A stretch of DNA of 64,000 nt from Histomonas meleagridis 2922-C6/04-290x (taxonomy: Eukaryota > Protista > Parabasalia), in the NCBI GenBank assembly GCA_020184695.1, contig JAANOX010000083.1, positions 186,001 through 250,000 on the forward strand. The letters run 5' to 3'. Positions 20,704-30,500 of this stretch are shown piece after piece (the first letter of the stretch is position 1; the number at the start of each line of letters is the position of its first letter). The notes under the pieces are model-generated. The model did no database searches. It was given only the letters and a program-made list of their open reading frames with translations, and was not told where the DNA came from. Made by a program: the position numbers and the translations under genes.

Positions 20704-22316
20704 TTATTTTTTCTTATCTTTAAGTATTTTAACTATGTCTTTGTATCCTTCTTCCTTCGCTATCATAGCTGCTGTTAAAAATATATATCACAAATACCGA
20801 AAAATATTTTTGAATTGCAAATTATTTAAATGATCACCAAAACAAGTCATCAAATGTTTTTGATATTTAATTTAATTCCTTTATATTTAATAAGTAATTT
20901 AACCATTTCTATATTACCTTTTTTAACTGCATACATCAGTGGTGTATCGAATAATTTATATAAATTTCAAATTTACTTAAAAAGTATCGAATTTTTATAT
21001 CAAACTTCAAATAAAATATATAAATTTTATCTTTTGTATTAATATATAAACCTTTTTGTTGAAGAAACAACTTTACAATTTCTATATTACCACTTACAAT
21101 CGCATAATTAATTGGCATCTTAAGTTTAATTAAATTTAACACCAAATATTATTGCAAAATATAAAAACATTAAAACGAATTGCAAGAAAATCATATAAAT
21201 ATCTTTCAAATTTATATTTATTTTTTCATGTTTCAGAAGTAATTTCACTATTTCAATATAATTTTTACTTATTGCTAAAGTAAGTACTGTATTAAATCAT
21301 TAAAACAATTTCCAAATATTATTATGATATAAAAAAAGTTATATATAAAAATTAATTAAAAAATATTAATATTTTTAGCATTAACATTAATATCTTTATG
21401 TTCAAGAAGTAGTTTAACCATATCTATGCTATTATTAGAAGTTGCTATAAATAATACTGAATCAAATAATTTAAATAATTTCCAAATATAATATAAAAAT
21501 TTTAACATTAATTTTATCATTAACATTAATATCATCTTGTTTAAGAAGTAATTTAACTATTTCATAATGTTTATGTTGAATAGCTAAACTAAGTGCACTA
21601 AAACTTTTAAATTAATTCCGAAAAATATTTTTAAATATAAAAAAATTATAAAAATAAATTGATTGACGATTAATATCAATATCTTTATGTTTTAGTAATG
21701 ATTGAACAATATCATAAAAACCTTTTTCAGATGCAAGAATAAATGGTGTAAAGAAAACTTCAAAGTTATTCCATAAATATAAATTAAACATCAAAAACAT
21801 TAAAATTAACGTTATATATAACGAAAAAAAATTTTTGTCATTATAATTAATATCACTTTGTTCAAGAAGTAATTCAGCGACTTCTTTTTTAGATGTAATT
21901 AACGCATGTAAAAGAGCCGAATTCAATAATTTTATCAAATATTTTATTTATGTAAAGAAACATTAAATAAGTTAAACAAATCTGAAATAAAATTTAATAA
22001 TATCTTTACAATTAATACCAATTCTTTTATCTTGAAGAATAATTTTAACAATATCAACATTACCTTTACGTGATAATTCCATTAAAACATTTCGAAACAA
22101 ATATGATAAATACCTAATAAAAGCATTTAATAAAAAATCATTCAAACTAATTTTATTTTTTATGTTAATATCAATTTCAGGTTGTTGAAGAAGTAATTTA
22201 GCAATTTCTTCATTAGATGCATGCATTAAAGGTGTAAAAAATATGAAAAAAGAACTCCAAAAGTTATTAAACTAATATTAAATTATTCATAAAAACAATT
22301 TACACTCAAAACAAAA
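20704..22316 (-). other. Array of 10 intact ankyrin modules separated by 10 AT-rich inserts (interrupted 3' half of the ankyrin gene)
   Basis: Modules (minus strand): 22235-22155, 22091-22002, 21920-21837, 21749-21660, 21599-21516, 21460-21371, 21290-21201, 21118-21029, 20945-20856, 20775-20704 (ends TAA). Inserts: 22316-22236 (81 nt), 22154-22092 (63), 22001-21921 (81), 21836-21750 (87), 21659-21600 (60), 21515-21461 (55), 21370-21291 (80), 21200-21119 (82), 21028-20946 (83), 20855-20776 (80). Confidence 0.9.
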
Positions 22317-23495
22317 ATCTTTTGCATTAACATCAACTCCATTTTCTTTAATAAGGAAATTAAACAATTCTAAATTATTTGATTGTGCAGCATATAATAA
22401 AATATCAAATGGAACATCACAATTTTGAAGGAAATATTTAACAAGATATAAATTACCAATTATCGCAGCATAATTTATATTATCATCAACAATATTTATA
22501 TTTTTCTCCAATAAAAATTTAAGGATTTCATAATTTTTGGATTCGATACATTCATTAACCAATTTACTTATGTCTATGTTTTCATTCATTATGTTTTCAT
22601 AAAGATAATAAAAGATATCATTGTTATGATATCTAATTGCAAAAATTAATGAATTAAATGATGGCGTAATATTAAAAGATACACCATTTTGTACACATAA
22701 ACGAAATATTTCTAAGTTCCCGCCTGCAACTGCATATTTTCCGATATCATTTAAATTAACATTATTTAATAACAAATATTTAAAAATTTTAACAGAGCCA
22801 CAAAACGCTGCATAACAAATTAATGATACACTGTTTCTTTTAAGTAATGAACATATTTCATAAAACTTTTCACCAAGAATTTGATTAAAATTAAAATTAC
22901 TTTGCGATGAAATCTCTTGGAATTGTGTAATATCATCATTACGTATTACTTGTGATATTGAAGATGTAATGTTTCCTTCTTCAATTAGTTTCTTATGTAT
23001 ATCATTATAATCTTTTTCTTCGCCATATCGTTCAAAGATCTTTTTTCGTGTTTCTTCAAATTTTTCTTGTACATTTCGTTTAGTAATCATATTATTAAAG
23101 AAAAAATTGTTTTCGACAATGCTTGAATCAATATATCCTTCATTTACTAACATTTCAATTATATATATTGATTCTGATGATTTTTTATTATTAAGAGATT
23201 CATAAAATAAATTAAATATCAATTCTTCTGAATTTGTGTTGTTCTCTTTTTCTTGTATTTGTTTTAAAAATTGAAAATATTTACGATAGTTGTTCCTTCG
23301 GGCTACAAAGCGTGCATATATCGTTTGACATATTTCTTGATTAAAGGAAATTGGATACATTGAATCATATAAATTGATGATTTCTTCAACTGATGATTCA
23401 ATATTGGATTCATTTAAATTAAAAATGATAGCATTTATTGATTGAAGATAAGAAAAATATTCTGATACATTTATTTGATTTGTTTCATTTTGCAT
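22287..23495 (-). CDS. DUF3447/ankyrin-repeat protein, uninterrupted N-terminal part
   Basis: SLICYAAFCGSVKIFKYLLLN, YAVAGGNLEIFRLC and FAIRYHNNDIFYYL are typical trichomonad DUF3447-ankyrin motifs. The track start at 23501 is GTG; the ATG is at 23495. The ORF ends shortly after GVDVNAKD. Confidence 0.88.
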   Translation of the reverse strand: MQNETNQINVSEYFSYLQSINAIIFNLNESNIESSVEEIINLYDSMYPISFNQEICQTIYARFVARRNNYRKYFQFLKQIQEKENNTNSEELIFNLFYESLNNKKSSESIYIIEMLVNEGYIDSSIVENNFFFNNMITKRNVQEKFEETRKKIFERYGEEKDYNDIHKKLIEEGNITSSISQVIRNDDITQFQEISSQSNFNFNQILGEKFYEICSLLKRNSVSLICYAAFCGSVKIFKYLLLNNVNLNDIGKYAVAGGNLEIFRLCVQNGVSFNITPSFNSLIFAIRYHNNDIFYYLYENIMNENIDISKLVNECIESKNYEILKFLLEKNINIVDDNINYAAIIGNLYLVKYFLQNCDVPFDILLYAAQSNNLELFNFLIKENGVDVNAKDFCFECKLFL

Positions 23496-23673
23496 TTTCA
23501 CTTGATATCAAAGTACTTTGATCGTTCGATAAGACAAAAGAGTTCACATTGACATGTGATATGAAATTTTAAGAGTTCATTCATAAACAAATTGTTCTAT
23601 TCCTTGAGTTATTTTTAATAAAAGAAAAAAGTTAATTTGTTTCATCAAATTGTATTAATATATTTATAGTTTA

Positions 23674-24507
23674 TTATGCAGTTTTTTTCACAACAAAATC
23701 AATGAAATCATCCGAATCGTCACTTTGTTCTAAAATTCGTTCTTTCATCCTTCTAACTGTACCAGCGTTCGCTTTTCTAGCCATTCCTTTTGCCACTACA
23801 TCTCTCACAGCTGTGTTTGTCAACGTTTCGACTTTTGGTAATCCTAAAAGTCGCGCTAAATTTCGAATGTCTGATGGAGATCTTATGAAATCAGGATCAT
23901 TACTACCACAACCAAGTAATATTATTCTGTCCTTCCCATGCCTTCCTTTCGTGGCATGACATATGCTGGCTGCTGCTGAGATTAATGATTTCATTTTGGA
24001 ATCTGTTTGGAGAAACATGGAATATTGCAACTCAATGGCAACACCACGGTTGACAAGAGATTTGAGTTCCTTCCAACATGAGATTGGTTGATACTTTGAA
24101 ACATCTATTGATAAAATATCAATATCAGCAGAAGAACAAGCAGCTTTAAAAACAGAATCTGTAAGAGGAGTGACTGAAATTAAATCATAACGTATAGTGT
24201 TTAAGTGTCTGGAAAGTTGATGTATTTCTTGAATATTATCTGTGATTAAATTTAACCTAGTAAATTGTGGAAATTTTGGATAATCAGATAAAACGCATAA
24301 ACCATAACTCCTTCTGATTGAAGCACTTGAAGCATCTGATAATGTAAGTGGGTCTGGAGGAGGAGGATATTTATTCATTGTAGTAACATTTACAGTCAAA
24401 ACAACACCGTTCCACCCACACCTAACTACACGGTTAATGCTCATTCGAAGTTGATCAGATGGGATATTTTCTACAGTTTCATACGGCAGGTTTACTTCGA
24501 ATTCCAT
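23674..24507 (-). CDS. RPP30: RNase P/MRP subunit p30
   Basis: YDLISVTPLTDSVFKAACSSADIDILSID, RGVAIELQYS and IRSPSDIRNL match the PHP-like RNase P p30 pattern. Confidence 0.85.
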   Translation of the reverse strand: MEFEVNLPYETVENIPSDQLRMSINRVVRCGWNGVVLTVNVTTMNKYPPPPDPLTLSDASSASIRRSYGLCVLSDYPKFPQFTRLNLITDNIQEIHQLSRHLNTIRYDLISVTPLTDSVFKAACSSADIDILSIDVSKYQPISCWKELKSLVNRGVAIELQYSMFLQTDSKMKSLISAAASICHATKGRHGKDRIILLGCGSNDPDFIRSPSDIRNLARLLGLPKVETLTNTAVRDVVAKGMARKANAGTVRRMKERILEQSDDSDDFIDFVVKKTA

Positions 24508-25014
24508 TTTGGTGCGGCCGTTTACCTAATTCGATCTGACCAATTACACATTGAATTTTGCAACCAAACCTTTTCAATTCAATTGCTTAGCAATGATTTT
24601 TGCTATAGACTGTCGTGAAAAACCTGTATTCCGACAACAAAATCTTAGATAAATCATAAATTTTTAAATGTTTAACATATATTCAGTCCCAAAAATATGA
24701 AATAAATAAAATATGTAAAGAAAATCATGAAAAAAGTTTTTTTCTTGTTAACGTTCTCGTTAGTGAAGTGAGTGGAAAATGGGAATATTGGGAAAATCAC
24801 AAAATTAAATCGAAAAAAAATTTATTAAATATATATACCTAAATATGTTCACTATGAATAATACTACAGTGTATACGTGGGTTATATTAAGGCGTCGGCT
24901 CTATAGCAAAAACACTTATTTTATTACACAATTTAATGAAAAAAATCAAATTTCTTCTGATCTAAAAAATTTTCATTTATTGCATTAAATCCAATACTTT
25001 TATATATCAATTGT

Positions 25015-27447
25015 TTACTTCTGTGCGAAAAGTGTTCTTGCGCTATATTCTATTATTTGGAGGTACTGTTGGTCACCTTTAATAGACACCAAAATGTTTT
25101 GGTTATCTTGAATCAGTTCTCCCACAAACACTTTATTTTGACCGAAAGCGAATGATACGTATGTTTTGTTACCATTTCTTCCGACAACGAACACATTTAA
25201 TTCGTTCAGTTGTTGTTCATTTGCTATCATAGCGTCTTCCACCACGAAATTAATTTGACCCTTTGACAATGAGAAACATTTTTTAAATGATTCCTGATCG
25301 ATATTACCTTCGATTGTTGTTGCGACTTGAGCCGGTATTTTATCGATTGCGAACACGTTCCCCATACTTGTTCTAATTGCTATTTGTAAATCCGTTTTAT
25401 CCACGTTCCCTATTTGATTTTCATCGATACATATTGGAATTGATACTTCAGTATAATCACCAAACTCCAAAACTGCCGGGAACGACGGGGTGCCCCTAAC
25501 CGCTATGCCCAAAATATTTTTATTCAGAGCAAAAGCGAAATCTTTTAATTGGTTTTGTGACTTATTCACTATTCTAAGATAAATATTATATTTATCATAG
25601 TCTGCGAATAAGTCAATGATACTTGTATCATTCAGCCGTAAAGGATGCCATAAACGATTATTACTTATGTCGTCATCACTATTAAAGTTATCTTCTTCTT
25701 CAGGTACATAACGAGTTCTCTTAACGAAGTCGGAAGGAACAATATGTAATACGCCAGAAGCACTTCCCATATTACGTATTAATTCATTCAACACATTATC
25801 GTCAAAGTTAACGCCCGAATGTTCAATTGTTTGTTTGTTAAAGTCTAACATATCTTTCGCTAAGTTCGAATCAGCAGATAAAACTCTCCAATAGATCAAT
25901 GCTCTGTTTTTCACGTCGGGAATGTTTCCAGGTTTTGTAGCTTCGCTTAAGACGAATTGTAATTGATCACGTGTTACGTCTGGATTATGAACAAAGACTT
26001 TAACTAATGATGATAATATAGTTAATTGTACAATTGGTTGTTCATCATGAAATGTATCTAAATATGGATCAAGTAATACATCGACGTTATCTATTAATGA
26101 ACAATATTCGCCTAAGATCCAAATGCCTGCTGCTTTAGCTCGCGCTTCTTTTAATTGGTCAAGATTCTTACAGACAGTGTTAATGACGCTTTCGAATTCG
26201 CCAGGATATTTACGTAATAAGTCACAGACAACACAAACACTTTCTTCAATTGCATAATCTGCTTTGCCACTGACTAATGAAACTAATATATCAACACAAC
26301 GACGTGACGCTTGTGGTAATTTAATTGCAATTTGTCCAATGCATTTAATACTTTTCCGAACAAATTTCACATCAACACTATTACAATATTCACTAAGTTC
26401 ATCTAAAACGATTTGTGCATTACGATGCTTACAGATTGTAACGATGATATCAAGTTTCTCCATCTTTACATATGATGGATCATTATATTTACAAAAGAAC
26501 ATTCGAATTTGTTTGGATAATGTATTGGGATATTTTTGTACAAATAATGTAAGAGTCCTTAAAACTACATATTGGATTTCATAATCATCAGAATTAACAA
26601 TGGCTATAAAGGGTGGGATTATTTGTGGAAATAGTTCTGTTGTAGGACGTTTTTCATAGTCCATAAATAAGAAAATGCATTTGAATGCGCCGATAACAAC
26701 CGCCGGATTACTTTGTTTGAGATATGGAATAAGTCGATCAATGAGGAATGATGCGTCATCAGATGATGTTGGGACGTAACGAGCAAGTGAATCAAAAAGA
26801 ATGGTTTGACACCATTCACTACAACTGTTAATAGCATTAAGAATTGGACCGATTGTATCTGAATTTAGAGTAAATATTGGTGTAGTACGTTTTTCGTTGA
26901 GTTCAAATATCGCTGCTGTTGTGTTGGATACAACCATTGGATTATCATCATGTAAAAGATTAAGTAATTCGGGAAATATATTGGCATTTTCAATCGATTC
27001 TGGAATGATATCATAAAGTTTGACAACACCAAAAACTGCGGTCTTACGTACATATGGATCTGGATCAGATAAGGTCTTTTTAAGTGGGATAATCATATGT
27101 TCAGCAACATTTTCAAGTTTAATACGACACATTGTACGTACAGCAAGAGCACGTACTAATGGATTTAAATCTTGACTATCTTGAATAAATGTATTTACAG
27201 CCATGATAGCTTCTTCTGGTTCGGTTTCTGCATAGTTTACAAAGTACAAATACGTTAGTTTCTTGAGTTCTAAGTCTGATGACTTGACACATCGTAACAT
27301 TGAAGAAAAAAGACTTTGAACATTTTCTCCACTTCGCATCAAAGCAATAACACGTTTTGCTGCCGTTTTACGAGCAGCTGGATCATTCCCATCTAATTGA
27401 TCTCGAAGTTGATTTAGTTCGCCCTTTCTTTTATAGAGTTTCGACAT
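25015..27447 (-). CDS. Beta-adaptin (AP-1/2-type complex beta subunit)
   Basis: KGELNQLRDQL, DLELKKLTYLY, NPLVRALAVRTM, DPYVRKTA, PYVKMEKLDI, DVKNRALIYWRVL; C-terminal appendage domain. Confidence 0.93.
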   Translation of the reverse strand: MSKLYKRKGELNQLRDQLDGNDPAARKTAAKRVIALMRSGENVQSLFSSMLRCVKSSDLELKKLTYLYFVNYAETEPEEAIMAVNTFIQDSQDLNPLVRALAVRTMCRIKLENVAEHMIIPLKKTLSDPDPYVRKTAVFGVVKLYDIIPESIENANIFPELLNLLHDDNPMVVSNTTAAIFELNEKRTTPIFTLNSDTIGPILNAINSCSEWCQTILFDSLARYVPTSSDDASFLIDRLIPYLKQSNPAVVIGAFKCIFLFMDYEKRPTTELFPQIIPPFIAIVNSDDYEIQYVVLRTLTLFVQKYPNTLSKQIRMFFCKYNDPSYVKMEKLDIIVTICKHRNAQIVLDELSEYCNSVDVKFVRKSIKCIGQIAIKLPQASRRCVDILVSLVSGKADYAIEESVCVVCDLLRKYPGEFESVINTVCKNLDQLKEARAKAAGIWILGEYCSLIDNVDVLLDPYLDTFHDEQPIVQLTILSSLVKVFVHNPDVTRDQLQFVLSEATKPGNIPDVKNRALIYWRVLSADSNLAKDMLDFNKQTIEHSGVNFDDNVLNELIRNMGSASGVLHIVPSDFVKRTRYVPEEEDNFNSDDDISNNRLWHPLRLNDTSIIDLFADYDKYNIYLRIVNKSQNQLKDFAFALNKNILGIAVRGTPSFPAVLEFGDYTEVSIPICIDENQIGNVDKTDLQIAIRTSMGNVFAIDKIPAQVATTIEGNIDQESFKKCFSLSKGQINFVVEDAMIANEQQLNELNVFVVGRNGNKTYVSFAFGQNKVFVGELIQDNQNILVSIKGDQQYLQIIEYSARTLFAQK

Positions 27448-27593
27448 GAAAATATTTGAAGATGTTTGTTTAAAAGAGAGCTATCTAAAAAGTGTCATTT
27501 TAATGTAAAACATTGAAAAATTTGACCTGATTTTGGAGTACCCCAAAAAAATCAAAGAACGTTAAGAAAACTTGAAAAAAAAAAAATTGTTAA

Positions 27594-30500
27594 ATGGACA
27601 AAAAGAATGTATTATTACCAATGATAAATCAAATGAATTCAACATTATCAGTTCAATGCAAAAAAGATGTTGATAAACCATTTAGTCCTAAATCGTTTAT
27701 GAAAATCAATTTTAACAAATATTTTATGTTTTTTCAAGAAATATCAAAAAGAAAACCAGTTGTAATGTTTGAAGTATTCATCGAGGAATTATCAAAATAT
27801 TCCAAAATTCCACCAAAAAATCAAACAATTGAAAATATTAGATCAACAATACTTTATTCATATTTAACTTGTAAATGTCTTTCTTGCTTCAATGGAAAAA
27901 CAGATATTTTTAGTCAATATCATCATCGTGATTTAGTTAATTTATCAATTTCTTTTCTAGAAAATAATATGTCATCTCAACCTTTTTTATATTATCATAA
28001 AATTATTATTGAATATAGTGTTCGTACAGCATCTTTTTGTCAAATTTATTTACCCTCAACATTTCATTCATATTTATTAGAAATTAAAAAAAATCAAAAA
28101 AACATTGAACATTTGTTAAACATCTGGAGGTATGGTATCACAAATTTTCCACGACTTGAAGAACTCATTAATACAATTACGAATAATCTTCATTTAATGA
28201 AAAAAGAAGATATCATTATTCATGTATGTAAATTAATTACAGATTCTTTTCTAAATCTTCTTATAGTTAATCCACAAAGTTATTATGAGTTTACAGAGAA
28301 AAAAGTTGATGTACAAAATGCCAAAAAAGTGCAAGATTTTCTCGTTCAAAAAGTTCGTCGTTCAAAACACTTAACGTACTCCGCCCAAATTGTTTTATTA
28401 TTATTACAATGTTATCAATTAAATTTATATTCTTTAAATAATAATTCACCAGAATTATTAGAAACGTTATTAAATATTTTAAATCAAACAAAAATCAAAG
28501 ATGAAGAAGAATTTAAAAATTCATTATATTCATCTTTAATTGGAATATGTTCAATTGGGAAAATTGGCCCAAATAATTTATTACGTAATACATTTATCCA
28601 ATTTCCTAAAGTTATCCTTCAATACATCGAAAATAATAATATTTTATCAACCACAAAAGAATTTAATCATTTAACAGTTTGGTTTCCAATGAGTTTATTA
28701 TTTTCATTTCCCGAATTATTCCAAAAGAATTACATTTCTTTACTTATGGAAATGAACAATGATTTATTATGGACGTCAATGATCGAGTTAATTTCAGTAT
28801 TTTTACATTTTTCAGTAAAGAATCCAAAGAATTATGAAGAAATGTTTAAGCAATTAATGATATTATTAAATGAAATTATATCAAATCGTTCATCGATATT
28901 AATGGAAAAGAATTTAATCACAAAATTGTTGGATGGATTTGAAGCGAATCCAATATATTTTCGGAAATTCACATTTGAATATGTTTTAAGTTTTTCTAAA
29001 TTTTTAACATTCATTCTGACAGGAACAGTAAAATGTCAAAAATCATTATTTAAGTCGATATATTCTATGGATATTGTGAATGATAATGAAGATCCTTTAA
29101 CTATATGGTCGACATCTAATTTAATCATTTTCACACTTGCCGAAATTATGAATCATAATTTCCTTAAAACTAATGATAACTTTATACATAACATTCCAAA
29201 GATTACATATCAAATTATTAATTTTCTTAAAAAACATTTGAAAAAATTTAATAATTTGGAAATAATACAATTTAATGATATTATTAAAGATGTCGAATCT
29301 ATAGCTTATTTAGCTTTAGTACCAAATAATATAAATTCGAGAAATATATCAATTGATTTATTTAAAGAATTATATAAAATCCTTAAATTATATAAATCTG
29401 AACAATATATTGAAATTACAGATTATTACAAGAAATTTATTAATGAAATTAAACAACATAAAACTAAAAACGCAATTTGTATAATATTTTCAAATATATT
29501 TAAGTTATATCCAAATGTTTCACCTGGAATGAAATATGTATATTCATCAATTTTGGAATATTTTGGAAATCTTTTTAATAAAATTTCAAATAGAAATGTT
29601 AAAGATTCATTAATTGATGCTTTTAAACAATTAACTTCAATTGTTTTTAGTTTAACACGAAATTTGGATAATGATTTTTTGAAGTTGTTTAAAATGATTT
29701 TAAAATATAAAAAAGTTAAAGAAAAGGTAATTATTATTTCTAATTCATTTCCACCACATTTATATTATGAGTTAATAAAAACATTTTCGAATTTTTTAAA
29801 TGAAAATGTTACTAAAACATTTTTAACTAATTCGATGGCTTTAATGAATAATTTATTTAAATCTGAATATTGGAAACCAAACAATGATTTAAATGAATTA
29901 TTTAATGATTTAATAAAGAAATTAAAAAAATTTATGGCTGAAAGTGAATTAGAAACTCATCATCATATATTTTGTAACTTAATTTTTAATTTGATTAAAC
30001 TTATGGATAAATTAAATATTGTTTTTAGCCAAAAGAATAAACAAAAAATTGGTTTATTAATTGGTAAATGGATTAATTTACATAATAAAAATCAAAATTT
30101 AGCAAAAGTTTGTTATAAAACTTTAGTTAAAGTAATTGATGGAATATCATTTAATAAAATAACAAAAAACAAAAATGATAAAATTAAATATTTTAATTTT
30201 TATTTTAATTTCATTTTAGAACAACTTAATACAAATGATGAAAATAATTATTTAGAAGATTCATTACCAATTTTAAATTCATTATTAAAGAATAATTATG
30301 AAATTGGTATTAATGTATGTTTGCCTTTATCTTTAAATGATAACCCTATAGTTAGAACCGAATTTTTTAAAGTTTTATCGAAAATTAATATTAATTCTGT
30401 TCCTCCAATTAATATATATCATAAACCGACTGAAATTGATGTAAGTATAATAAATAATATCATGGAGAAACAAAACATTAAAATGAATTTAATCGAAAAT

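Noticed and set aside
20776-22316. Ankyrin inserts as ordinary GT-AG spliceosomal introns
   Set aside because: No insert begins GT or ends AG at the aligned boundaries, and none has CTAAC. Insert 5 has GT only in its last 5 nt; insert 7 has no internal AG; the GT..AG option tested in insert 6 creates a stop.
20704-22316. Ankyrin interruptions as homopolymer sequencing errors or random decay
   Set aside because: Single-base errors cannot create 55-87 nt inserts. All damage falls at one position per repeat, while 286 module codons contain no stop or frameshift.
17826-22316. Alternative genetic code (TAA/TAG = Gln) or stop readthrough
   Set aside because: Many conserved genes here end at TAA or TAG at the expected position; the interruptions also include TGA and frameshifts.
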